Positions 33,939-44,900 of a stretch of DNA of 64,000 nt are shown here, one piece after another. This DNA comes from a virus (taxonomy: Duplodnaviria; Caudoviricetes). Position 1 is the stretch's first letter. Every line of letters starts with the position of its first letter. The DNA is taken from positions 23,416-87,415 of the IMG/VR virus record IMGVR_UViG_3300037755_000987. One strand, given 5' to 3'. The notes under the pieces were generated by a model. It was not told the origin of the DNA and ran no database searches. It was given only the letters and a program-made list of their open reading frames with translations. The translations under genes were made by a program, and so were the position numbers.

Positions 33939-34439
33939 ATGGCCAAGAACGACAAGGTCGACGACAAGGCCGACGAGAAGGCCGAGAAGGACGTCCAGGA
34001 CGAGCAGGCCGCGCAGGTGAAGTCCGAGCTCCACGCCGAGGACGTCGCCGTCGGGCGGGCGGCGCCGAGCGTGGTCGCGCCGGCGGCGGGGCAGTCGGGC
34101 AAGGGCACCGTCACCTGCACCTGCTACAGCTCGCGTCCGATCGCGCCCGGGGAGCTGGTGAAGCGCTGGGGCTACGCCTGGCGGGCGGGGGCCGACGGCT
34201 ACCTGCTCGAGGCGGAGATCCCGAAGGCCGCGGTCGACGGCGGCCTCGCCGCCGGGCGGTGGATCAAGAAGGGGTCGAAGTCCGAGGACGCCGGGATCGT
34301 CTACTGGCGCGAGCAGCACGTCCAGGTCCTCGGCCGGGCGGCCGATCCGGAGCTGACCGCCGACCAGATCCGGACGGTGCTCTCGGCCGAGGTGCGCCGG
34401 CGCACGCCGGCGCCGGACCGGACGTCGCTGCGGTCGTAA
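33939..34439 (+). CDS. Hypothetical virion-associated protein
   Basis: GGGAG RBS; between capsid and neck genes. Confidence 0.65.
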   Translation: MAKNDKVDDKADEKAEKDVQDEQAAQVKSELHAEDVAVGRAAPSVVAPAAGQSGKGTVTCTCYSSRPIAPGELVKRWGYAWRAGADGYLLEAEIPKAAVDGGLAAGRWIKKGSKSEDAGIVYWREQHVQVLGRAADPELTADQIRTVLSAEVRRRTPAPDRTSLRS

Positions 34440-34451
34440 GGAGGGAGGAGC

Positions 34452-34961
34452 GTGGCCTTTGAGCTGGAGGAGATCGAGGACGGAACCGCCAAGGCGACGG
34501 CGTTGGTCTACGCGCCGACGTCCGACGCGGTCACCTACCTCACCCGCCGCGGAAGGCCACGCTTCGTCGCTCTCGCCGAAGACCTGCAGGACGTCCACTT
34601 CCTGCGCGGTACGGAGTACGTCGAGGTCTTCGCCAGGCCCTACATCAGGGGCCTGATCGTGCTGCGCGACCAGGGGCTCCTCTGGCCACGGTGGGACGTC
34701 TGGTACGAGGAGCGGCTAGTGCCAGGGCACGAGGTGCCGAAGCGTTGGATCTGGGCCACGTTCGAGGCGGCGGAACTCTCGGCGGCCGGCCAGCCGCTGC
34801 TGCACGTCGTCGACGACAAGATCGGAGTGCGCAGCGAGATGACCGGCCGTTCGATCCAGACGAGCTACGACGAGAGCTTCACCAAGCTCCCGTCCTACCG
34901 GGTCGTCGAGCGCATGCTCACCGGGCTCATCAGCTACGGCATGGAAATCGAGCGTGGATGA
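34452..34961 (+). CDS. Head-tail adaptor (DnaT-like domain family)
   Basis: AVTYLTRRG...LRGTEYVE...RDQGLLWPR pattern; position. Confidence 0.7.
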   Translation: MAFELEEIEDGTAKATALVYAPTSDAVTYLTRRGRPRFVALAEDLQDVHFLRGTEYVEVFARPYIRGLIVLRDQGLLWPRWDVWYEERLVPGHEVPKRWIWATFEAAELSAAGQPLLHVVDDKIGVRSEMTGRSIQTSYDESFTKLPSYRVVERMLTGLISYGMEIERG

Positions 34962-35347
34962 TGGCGATCGACGCCACCCAGGTTCGACTCGATACGGCCG
35001 AACGGCTCCGCGAGCAGAACAACCTCGTCCTGGTCCACCGCGCGGTCTACACCGGCGACAAGCGCACGGGGACGACGCCGCTGCAGACCTACGGCGTCGT
35101 CGACCGCGTGAAGCCGACGCAGGTCAACGGCTCGAACCTCCTCGGCGGGGACCTGTTCATCACGCTGGCGGCGTTGGTCTGGGACCCGGAGCAGTCCACC
35201 TGGACCGACCCGCTCGACCTGGTGGTCGGGGACGTCCTCGAGGCCAACGGCGAGCGCCTCCGGGTGGTCGACCCCGGCGGCGTCGAGCCGACCGGCACGG
35301 CCATCATCTTCGAAGCGCTCGCCCGGAACGCGAAGGAGACGCCATGA
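34958..35347 (+). CDS. Head-closure protein
   Basis: Position; GDLFITL...VVGDVLEANGERLRVV. Confidence 0.6.
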   Translation: MMAIDATQVRLDTAERLREQNNLVLVHRAVYTGDKRTGTTPLQTYGVVDRVKPTQVNGSNLLGGDLFITLAALVWDPEQSTWTDPLDLVVGDVLEANGERLRVVDPGGVEPTGTAIIFEALARNAKETP

Positions 35348-35760
35348 GTGGCCAGCCCGTACGGGCTCACCGCTTCCGCGCCAACCTTCGCGGCACCGCG
35401 GCGGAGATCCGCCGCAAGGCGACGCTGATCGTCAACGGCATCACGTTCGCCGTCTACGCCGAGATCCTGTCCGACCCCGACCACCCGGTCGACACCGGAC
35501 GGTTGCGGTCCGGGTGGTCGATCTCGGTCTACGTGGTCGGCGACCATAAGCCCGCCGCTGGCGAGGGAAGCTATCAGCCGCAGCCGGCCGAGACGTTCGT
35601 CGCCACGCTCGAGGCGGCGCCGCTCCAGGCGAAGAGGTTCATCTACAACCACGTCGAGTACGCGGTTTGGGTGTTTGGTGGGTCCGAGGGCCGCGCTGGC
35701 TCTCACACCCCGGAGCTTGCGATCGCGCGGGTCATCCAGAAAGGGACGAAGGCCGCATGA
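35344..35760 (+). CDS. HK97 gp10-like tail-completion protein
   Basis: PVDTGRLRSGW, IYNHVEYA. Confidence 0.8.
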   Translation: MSGQPVRAHRFRANLRGTAAEIRRKATLIVNGITFAVYAEILSDPDHPVDTGRLRSGWSISVYVVGDHKPAAGEGSYQPQPAETFVATLEAAPLQAKRFIYNHVEYAVWVFGGSEGRAGSHTPELAIARVIQKGTKAA

Positions 35761-36185
35761 GCGCCACCGCCCTCTGGGCCGCGATGCGGGAGCGCTTCGA
35801 CGCCGCCTACCTCGCCGCCAAGGTCATCGAGCCGGCGCTCGTGCACCTCGTTGAGGGCGCGAATCGGAAGCTTGTGTCCCTCGACCCTGAGGTGCCCTAC
35901 TTCCGGCCGTACGTGCGCGGCATCGGTGGCCGGCGACTCGGCGTCGGCGAGGTGGCCCCCGAAGAGCAGAAGGGGATCGCCTACATCGACATGCTGCTCG
36001 TCCTCGAGGTCGGCGACGAGAACGCGATTGCGATCTACGACACGATCCGGCCGCTCTTCAGGACCGGGACCGATGGGCTCGAGTTTGAGGAAGCCCCGTC
36101 GCTGCGGGATGGCCGCGCCGACGGATCTCACTGGTTGGCGGTTGCGGCCCTCCCTTGGACGTGGAGGGAGCTCGCCGCCGCGTAG
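35757..36185 (+). CDS. Tail terminator protein
   Basis: Position before tail tube; GIAYIDML...G...AIAIYDTIRPLF. Confidence 0.65.
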   Translation: MSATALWAAMRERFDAAYLAAKVIEPALVHLVEGANRKLVSLDPEVPYFRPYVRGIGGRRLGVGEVAPEEQKGIAYIDMLLVLEVGDENAIAIYDTIRPLFRTGTDGLEFEEAPSLRDGRADGSHWLAVAALPWTWRELAAA

Positions 36186-36203
36186 CAGAAGAAGGAGAAC
36201 GCC

Positions 36204-37442
36204 ATGCCCGACGAATTCCAACCGGGATCCGGCGAGGAGCTGCGGTGGGTCGAGACTGCGGAGCAGGAGACGTCGTCCGCGACCGACATGCAGGTCCTGC
36301 CGCACTCCGGCAACCCCACCGGCCCGCACAAGCCGCTGTCGCGGGGGCCGACCGACGAGGTCACCAGCGACCTGACCGTCCAGGGCAACGCCAGCCGGGA
36401 CTTCACCGTCCCGCTGTCGTTCCAGAACGTCTGCCGCTACGGGATCTACCACCTCCCCTTCGAGCAGGTGTTCGCCGGCCGCTGGACGGCCGCCTTCGAC
36501 TCGACGGTGCTCGCGACGATCGCCTCGGTCGCGGCCGGCAACAAGCTGGTCGCGAGCGCGGGGACGCCGTTCGCCGACCTCTCCGCCCAGGTGCCGTGCC
36601 CGGTGTGGCTGTGCCGCGGCGGCGCCGACGCGATCCCGGGCCAGCCGGTGCTCGCCACCGAGGTCCTCGCCGCCGGCGCGGAGCTCGTGATCGGCAACGC
36701 CACGAACCACGGCATCACGCTGACCGACGTCGCCGAGGGCGACGACGTACAGGCGATGCACTCTGGCGTGCTCAAGAACGGCGTCGAGCTCATCTTCGCG
36801 ATGATCGAGCGCGCCCAGGCCGCGATCGAGCAGTTCCGCGTCGGCTACGGGATGCTCGGCACGAAGATCGACTTCTCCGGCCAGAAGGGCTCGGACCCCA
36901 CGTGGGCGCTCGAGTTCATGGGCCGCGAGAAGGAGACGGCCGGCGTCACCTTCGGCACCGGAACCCAGACGCCGGCGCCGACGACGCAGCCGTTCAACTT
37001 CGGCAGCCACTTCAAGCACTTCCGCGAGGGCGGCGGGATCGACACGGACCTGCTGATCCGTTCGATCAACTGGTCCTACGCCTTCGGCGGCGTGGTGGTC
37101 AGCCCCGCGGGCGTCGACGGGCCGTACGCCCACACGAAGGCGCGCCAGACGCTGACCGGCTCGGTCAACTTCTTCACCAACGCGGCCGCGGGCGCGATCG
37201 AGACGAAGGCCGAGGACGACGTCGACTCCGCCATCTGGTACGCGCTCCAGCGCACCGACGGCGGCGTCACCCGCGCCGAGCTCGTCCACCTGCCGCTGGT
37301 CCAGTACAGCGACGCCTCGCAGGAGGGTGGCGGCAACGACAACGTCGTCGAGACGCCGGTGCAGTTCATGACCGCGAAGAGCCCCACCCTCGGCTACCAG
37401 GCGCTGCTCGCCCGGTTCGAGGACGTGCCGCTGACGCTGTAG
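36204..37442 (+). CDS. Major tail (tube) protein
   Basis: 412 aa, AAGGAG RBS, position upstream of chaperone and tape measure. Confidence 0.75.
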   Translation: MPDEFQPGSGEELRWVETAEQETSSATDMQVLPHSGNPTGPHKPLSRGPTDEVTSDLTVQGNASRDFTVPLSFQNVCRYGIYHLPFEQVFAGRWTAAFDSTVLATIASVAAGNKLVASAGTPFADLSAQVPCPVWLCRGGADAIPGQPVLATEVLAAGAELVIGNATNHGITLTDVAEGDDVQAMHSGVLKNGVELIFAMIERAQAAIEQFRVGYGMLGTKIDFSGQKGSDPTWALEFMGREKETAGVTFGTGTQTPAPTTQPFNFGSHFKHFREGGGIDTDLLIRSINWSYAFGGVVVSPAGVDGPYAHTKARQTLTGSVNFFTNAAAGAIETKAEDDVDSAIWYALQRTDGGVTRAELVHLPLVQYSDASQEGGGNDNVVETPVQFMTAKSPTLGYQALLARFEDVPLTL

Positions 37443-37497
37443 GCGGCCCACCACACGACGGAAACGGAGCTCCGAGAGGGGCGAGGAGAGAACGACG

Positions 37498-37788
37498 ATG
37501 GCGAAGAAGGTCACCACGACGCTGGCGCTCGAAATCGAGGTCGATGCCGCGCAGCAAGCGTCCTACGAGCAGAAGGTCGGCAAGGGGGCGGACCCGCTGC
37601 GCGCGGCCGCCACCACGCTGGTCAGCCGAGTCACCGGCGGGCCCGGCTACGTCGACACCGTGCCGAACCGGATGGCGGCGCTCTCGGGCAAGACGCTCGG
37701 AGAAGTGCTGATCGCCGCCGGCGTCAAGAAGGCGGAGGCCACCGCGGCTACCGCGGCCGTCAAGGCCGCGGAGCCGCCGAAGCCGTAG
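37498..37788 (+). CDS. Hypothetical protein
   Basis: AGGAG RBS. Confidence 0.65.
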   Translation: MAKKVTTTLALEIEVDAAQQASYEQKVGKGADPLRAAATTLVSRVTGGPGYVDTVPNRMAALSGKTLGEVLIAAGVKKAEATAATAAVKAAEPPKP

Positions 37789-37937
37789 CGCTTCACCCGG
37801 TCGCGGAATCACAGGGGGAGGGCGAGTCCTTGGCACCTGCCTGGTCCTCGCGCAGGCGCCCTAACCCCCTCCGGCGGGAACGACCAGGCCCGCCGGCCGC
37901 GGCCGACTTTCAACCGAACAAGCCAAGGAGAACGCGC

Positions 37938-38612
37938 ATGGCAGACCACAACATGTTCAACCTCGACCAGGTGGAGCGGCAGTCCGCCGAGGTCGACCAG
38001 GACGAGCGCTGGTTCGTGCTCGAGGGTCGCCGCTTCGGCGACACGTCGCCCATGCCGCTGAAGGTCAAGGTCCGCTCGGGCGGCGACAAGTGGCAGCGCG
38101 GCTGGACGAAGGGCGCCCAGGCGTACGCGAAGGACCTGTCGCCGTCGGCGCGGCGCGAGTTCGACCGCGGATCGGGCAACCCGCTGACGATCAACCCCGA
38201 CGCTCTGCCGCGGGCGAACCGCGCGGCGCTGCGGGAGTCCGGCGCGCTTCTCGCGGTCGCGGTCGTCGGCCCGGAGCTCGACGATCTCGACCATCCGATG
38301 ACGGCGGCGCAGGAGAAGATCTACGGCTTCAAGAAGCTGCCGGCGAGCATCAGGCCCCACTACCTGAAGCGCACCGACGGGAAGTGGGCCATCCCGGTCC
38401 AGGCCGAGCCGCCGGCGGAGTTCCGGGCGAGCGACGAGCAGGTCTCGCACCTCCACAAGTACCCGGAGTTCGTCAACGGCGTCGGCCGGGCCCGCCAACT
38501 TCTCGTCGAGGAGGGCAAGGAGTCGCTCGAGGACGAATTGGGAAACTTCGTCGCTGGGTCCGGTGGTGCCGCTGGTGGGGCGGCCTCACCGAGTCCCAGC
38601 GAGAAGGACTAG
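37938..38612 (+). CDS. Tail assembly chaperone (gpG analogue)
   Basis: AAGGAG RBS; position; slippery G-GGA-AAC near the 3' end. Confidence 0.75.
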   Translation: MADHNMFNLDQVERQSAEVDQDERWFVLEGRRFGDTSPMPLKVKVRSGGDKWQRGWTKGAQAYAKDLSPSARREFDRGSGNPLTINPDALPRANRAALRESGALLAVAVVGPELDDLDHPMTAAQEKIYGFKKLPASIRPHYLKRTDGKWAIPVQAEPPAEFRASDEQVSHLHKYPEFVNGVGRARQLLVEEGKESLEDELGNFVAGSGGAAGGAASPSPSEKD

Positions 38613-38950
38613 ACGAGTACCGGAACCGTCCGGAGGAGGAGGGCGGTCCGGTTGACATCTCGCAGCTCGGCGACCCGTCATCGCCGCCGCCGGCCGAAGA
38701 GGAAGTCTGGTTGGAGAACCACCTCGCGGTGCAGCTCTACAACAGCGCCGCGACGCTGGGAAGCACGGTGCTTCAAGTGCTCGATGCCTGGGGCGAGCAG
38801 GGCCGATCGAGGGATGAGCTGCTGGCGAAGGCCGAAGCGATCGCCAGCGAGAACCATCGGATCGACAGGCAGGAGATGGACCGGCAGCGGCAGAAGTCGG
38901 ACGAGCAGCAGACGAAGGCCCGGGCCAAACCGAAGGGACCGCGGACTTGA
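38540..38950 (+). CDS. -1 frameshift extension of the tail chaperone (gpGT analogue)
   Basis: GGGAAAC at 38540-46 in X-XXY-YYZ phase; -1 frame open to 38950 with VWLENHLAVQLY. Confidence 0.75.
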   Translation, partial: GKLRRWVRWCRWWGGLTESQREGLDEYRNRPEEEGGPVDISQLGDPSSPPPAEEEVWLENHLAVQLYNSAATLGSTVLQVLDAWGEQGRSRDELLAKAEAIASENHRIDRQEMDRQRQKSDEQQTKARAKPKGPRT

Positions 38951-41900
38951 GCCAGCAGATTGAGAGCCTCCTCATCGAGATCGAAGCCCAGGGCGCTGAC
39001 CGCGCCCTGGGTGGACTCGAGCGCGGCATGGGACGGGTGGGCGATCGCGCGGTCGACCTCGAAGGGAAGACCAAGCGGCTGGGCACGGCCAACCGCGGGC
39101 TGGGCTCGAGCATGGCCGGCGTCGACCGGGCGATGATGTCCCAGATCCGGCAGTTGGCCGTGATGGCCGCCGGGTACATCGGCATCCACACGGCGATCCG
39201 CCAGGTCGCGAGCGCCGCCAAGCTCTTCGCCGACTTCGAGTACGCGCTGGCCGCCGTCGAAGCCGTCAGCCAGAGCACCCGGTCGGAGATGGCGGCCCTG
39301 ACCGCCCAAGCTCGAGAGTTGGGCGAAACCACGATGTTCACGGCCAGCCAGGCCGGCAACGCCATGGAGTTCCTCGGCCGCGCCGGCTTCAAGGCCAACG
39401 AGATCCTCTCCGCCATGCCGGGTCTGTTGAACCTCGCGGCTGCCGGCAAGCTCGGCCTGGCGGACGCCGCCAACATCGCGGCGCAGTCGCTGCGCGGCTT
39501 CAACCTCGGGGCGGGGGAGTCGACGCGGGTGGCTGACGTCCTCGCCTCTGCGGCCGCCAACGCCAACACCGACGTCTCCCAGATGGGCGAGGGCATGGTC
39601 TACGTCGCCCCGGTGGCCGCAGCATTGGGGATCTCGATCGAGCGAACCGCGGCGGCGATGGGCGTGCTGTCCGACGCCGGGCTGCAGTCGACGATGGCGG
39701 GTACTGGCCTGCGGCGCGTCCTGTCCGAGCTCGCCAACCCCTCAAAGGCTGCCCAGGTGATCCTCAAGGGCTTGGGGTTGACGGTCGCCGAAGTCGATCC
39801 CTTGACCAACCACCTGGCCGACGTCGTCGGCCGTCTCGCCGACGCGGGGATCAGCGCCGCCGACGCCCTGACGATCTTCGGCGACCGCGGTGGCCCGGCG
39901 ATGCTCGCCTTGACGGCCCAGGCGCCGCGGCTGCGCGAACTGACGACCGTGCTCGAGGCGAGCGAAGGCGCAGCCGAGCGCATGGCCGGCACGATGATGG
40001 ACACGCTGGTCGGCGCCAACTTCGAGCTCGCCTCCGCGATCGAGAGCGTGAAGATCGAACTCGGGACCGGGCTCGAGCCGTCGCTTCGCGAGGCGGCCAA
40101 GGAGCTCACGGTCTTCTTCCGCGGCAGCGGCGACTCGGCGCGGGACTTCGGGACCCAGGTCGGCCAGATGGTCGTCGCGCTGGTCAGGGGCTTCCTCTTC
40201 GTCGCCGAGCACATCCAAGTCGTCAAGGCGGCGATCGTCGGACTGCTGACAGCGTTCGTCACGGCGAAGGTCGGTGGCCTTTTGGTCGTGTTCGTCGCGT
40301 GGGTACAGGGGCTCCAGCAGGTCGCGCTTGGGGCACATATGGCAGCGGCCGCCGAGGCCAAGCTCGCTGCCGCGGCAGCCGCCAACAGCGTCGTGCTCGG
40401 CGCGAGCGGGACGGTCGCCGATCTGTACGCCGCGCAGATGTACGGCGTCTCCGGGGCTGTGGTCACCACCGATACGGTCCTCGACCTCTACGACGCCCAA
40501 CTGATCAAGACGAGCGCGACCCAGGCAGCCGCAACTGTCAGCGCCGGCGCCCACGCAGCCGCGACGAACGTCGTGACAGGCGCCACCCTGCGAAGCGCCT
40601 TCGCCACCAGCGTCTTCGGAGTGGCGCTGCAACGCCTGAAGCTTGCCATACTGAGCAATCCGATCGGTCTGATCGCCACCGCGCTCGCACTCCTTGTGGG
40701 AGTGTTGTTGCTCGTCCGGGCCCGCACCGCCGAAGCTGCGGAGGCGCAGGATCAGTACGCCGAGCGGCTGCGCTACGGGACGCCGGAGATCGAGGCCCAG
40801 ACGCGCGCCCACGCCGACCTCATCGACCGACTCGAAGAGGAGATCAGGGTGCGCCGAGAGTTCGAGGCGCTGGGTTCCTCCTCAGACGCGCGGCTGGCCC
40901 AGCTTCGCCCGGTGCTCGGCCAGATGGAGGGCGCGCTCGATCTCGGCGACGCCAAGTCCTACCGGGAAGCGATCGTCGAGGCCGAGAAGCTGGGCGTCGT
41001 CTTCCAGCACGTGTCGATGACGGGAAACTCCGCCCTGGCCCAGCTCCGACTGCAGGTCCAGGCCCTCGAGGCCGACACCCGCAAGAGCGCCGCCGGGATC
41101 GAAGAGTCGGGCGCCTCGATCAACTCCGTCTACCGATCCATGGCCGAGAACGTCGAGGACACGCTTCAGGCAGAGCTTGCGGGCCGCCGCGAGCAGCTTG
41201 CGATCCTCGCCGACCTCGAATCTCAGACCGCCGACCTCGAGCTGCGGATGTCGAAGGTGGTCCCGAACAAGGAGATGCTGCCGACGCTCAACGCCTGGGC
41301 GCGAAAGCTCGCCGAGCTTCGCGGCCTGGCCGCTGACGTCCAGAGCGAACTCGACGCGACCGGCGCCCGCATCGACGAGCAGGTCGTTCCCAACCTCGAG
41401 AACCGGCTCGGCGACCTCTTCCGCAGCGGCGACATGGCCGGCTGGGAGGACCTCATCCGGAGCGTGCCGACCGACGTCTTCGAGAAGATGTTTCCGACCG
41501 AGAACGTCGACACGATCGTCGGGCTCTACACCACAGCGCGGGAGCGGCTCGACGCCTATGCCAAGTCGATGGAGGCCGCGACGCGGAGGGGCGAAGCTGA
41601 AAGCGAGGAGGTCGCGAAGAAGCGCGAGAAGTACCGGGAGCTGCGTCAAGAGGTGGACCTCCAGATCCTTGCCGAACAGGCGTCCGCGGCCGCGTACGGG
41701 GAGAGCGTCCGTGCCGGCCAACTGGCGGTGGCCTCGGCCGAGCTGGAGGCTTCGGCCCGGTCTGCTGTTGGCGACCTGCTCAAGCAAGACGCCGAGCTGC
41801 TCAAGGAGCGGATCCGACTGCTCGACGAAGACAAGCAGCGCACGAGCGGCGCAGCGAACCTCGCGGCGCTGCGCGACCTGGTGGCGGCCGAGGAGCGTGT

Positions 41901-44900
41901 CGCTGCGGCACGGGTGAATGGCGCCGGGGCGACCGAAGCCGCAATCCGGGCCAACGAGCTGTTGCTCGCCATCACCGAACAGCAGACCGGGGCGCACGAG
42001 AGTCAGCTTTCGGAGATCGAGGAAGCGGTGCGGGCATGGATGAAGCTACGCGAGGCGGCCGAGTTCGACGCCCGGACCGAAGCCGTCGACCGCCGCGCTG
42101 AGCAGATGGAGGCCCTGGCTGCCGCTTGGGACGTTGGGGTGGCGGCCGCTCAGCGGCTGCGCGCCGAACAGGAGCTGTCGAACCGGATTCACCTCGAGGC
42201 GGCCGGCGCGATCGACACCGAGCGCGCCGCGCTCGTCGAGCGCATCGCGACCGAGGCGCGGTTCCAGGCGGTCGTCAACGCCCAATCGAGCCTCGAGGCC
42301 ATGCGCCAACAGGTCGCCGAGATGCGGATCTTGGCGCAGGTGCGGCGCGAGGACTTCCTGACCGAGGAGTCCTACCAGGCCGCGGTCCGGCGGGGCAACG
42401 AGGCCAAGGAGCTGCGCACCCACCTGCTGGCGATCGAGAACCAGCGCATGGCTGCCGAAGTGGCGCTCAAGGCCCGCGCCTGGGAGAGCGAGGAGGCGTA
42501 CGCCCGGGCGCTGGCGGCGACCAACATCCAGTTCGCCGCGATGTCGGCCGAGGCGAAGAGCCTGATCGAGATCCGGGCCAAGCTCGCCACGCAGGACGAC
42601 CGCGTGCTCGACAGCCTGAAGACCGCTCAACGCGCCTGGGGCAACTTCGTCCAGGGTATGCAGCGGGACCTCGCGGGCGCCTTCGAGAACCTGTTCGACG
42701 ACGGCCTCGACTCGTTCGCGGACTTCTTCGACCAGGTGCTCTCGATGGCGAAAAGCTTCGTCTCGGAGTGGCTGGCGTACTGGACGATCGCCGGCGGCAA
42801 GGATCTATGGGAACGCTTCGCCGTCGGCGGCACGGCCGAGGTGACGCAGCGGGCGGTCGTCGACATCTCGGCCTCGCAGCTCGCCGAGGCTGCCACCGCT
42901 GCCGCCGCGGCCTTGACCGGCGCCGGCGGCGCGGCCGGGGCGCAGATGACGGCTGGCGGCACCGCGGCAGGTGGCGCCATGACGGCCGGCGGAACCGGGG
43001 CTGGCGCGCAGGTGGCGGTTGCCGGCGCGGTCGCTGGCGGAGAGTTCACCGCCGGCGCCGCGGCGGCCGGCAGCGTCTTGATCGGCAGCTCAGAGGTCGC
43101 CGGGGGCGGCTTCGTCGTCTCGACAACGCAGGCCGGCGCGATCCTGATCCAAAGCGCGGCGGCTGCCGGCGCCCAACTGGCGGCGGGCGGCGCGGCGGGC
43201 GGCGCTGGTTCCCTCGCCGGCGCCGGTGGCGCGGCTGCCGGCGCCGGTGGCTTCTGGTCTGGCGCAATGGGAGGCTCGATCGCCGCCCTCTGGCCGCTGG
43301 CGGTGGCCGCGGCGGTCATCATCGCGGTCGATTGGTACAACGACAAGCAGAGGAACAAGAGGTTCACCGACGTCGGCTCCTTCGGCGTCGTCGACGGCGA
43401 ACGTAGGCCGGGTGGCTTCGTCGGGGAGACGGGCAAACTGGTCGAGGCGTGGGAGGAGACGCTCGACGCCATCGAGGAGCTGACCGGCGGCGTGGTCGAG
43501 AGCCTCCCGGAGATTAGCCTCCAGATCCGCCGTGACGGCAAGGCCGTACGCGCCTACGTCGAGGGCGCCCTGCTCGGGACGTTCAAGGATCTCGGGACCG
43601 CGGCCGCCGCGGCCCTGCGCCACGCCCTGAAGTTCGCCGACATCGCCGGCGTCACGGACGAGATCCTCCAGGTCCTCCGCGCACCCGCCGAGGACATCGA
43701 GGAGCTGATGGCGAACATCGCCATCGTGCAGCGGCAGATCGATCTCTCGCTCGACCTCAGCTCCTTCGAGACGAGCGTGCGGGACTTCCTCCGGACGCAG
43801 GCCGCGGCGGTCAAGGACTTCGAGCGCCTCGGCGTGTCGACGAAGCTCGTCTGGGACAACACGATCGAGGGTATGAAGCGCTTCTACGACGAGCTGCGAG
43901 GGGTGAGCCTCGACCCGGACGCGCAGGCCCGCCGCGACCTCGACTTCATCAACGCCGAGCGCAACAAGCTCGCCGCCGACCTCGAGCGGCGCATCAGCGA
44001 AGCTGAGTTTCAGCTCCTGAGAGCCCTCGAAGCTGTGAGCAAGCTCGCCGAGGGGCTCGCCGGGCGCAACCCCGAGATGATCGCTCTGTGGGAGCAACTG
44101 GCAGCGCAGGTGCCAGCTCTCGAAGCGCTCCTCGCCCTCCTCCGCGAACAGCTCGCCGCCCTGCCTCCGGCGATGTCGCCGGAGGACCTGGCGAAGCGTG
44201 GCGGCGGTGGGCGGCAGCGGGCAGACGAGCGGCAAGAGGCTCGGGAACGGATCGAGGAACTGTCGCTGCTCGCCGGCGGCATGTCGGACGCCGCGCTCGC
44301 CATGCGGAACGTCTTCGTCGACTTCGACGAGTGGGCCGCCGGCGCCCGCAAGCTCGGCATCGCCGAGGCGGACCTGGCTCAGGCGCGGCTCGACAACCTG
44401 ACCATCACGGAGCGGGACTTCGGCACGCAGTTCGATCGGCGCCTCGCCGGCGACCTCGGCGGTCGCGCTCTCGACCTGATCGACGAGTACCGCTCGGCCT
44501 GGCAGGAGGCGATCGAGATCGCCAAGGAAGCCGCTCGCGTTCACGGCACGAGCTTCGAGGATGAGCTTGCGCGGCTCGGAGGGCCGGTGGCGGCCGCCTT
44601 CGCGCAGGACCTGAGCGCGTTCTTCCGCGACGAGCTGACGGGCCTGATCGCCGCCGGCGACGTCGCCGGACTGCGCCGGCTCTTGGAGGTGTTCGAGGGG
44701 CTCGCCGGCCTCGACCTACCGCCCGAGCTGCTGGCGATCGTCGACGGGCTCCAAGCGATGGCCGACGAGATCCTGGCCGCGATCGCCGCCGTCCAGGCGG
44801 CCTTCGGTGGGGTCGAGTGGACCGAGGGCCTGGACGTCTCGGGCATCCAGGAGTGGATCGACCGCGCGCTGGGGATCGGGGACGCCAAGGCCCAGCTCCG

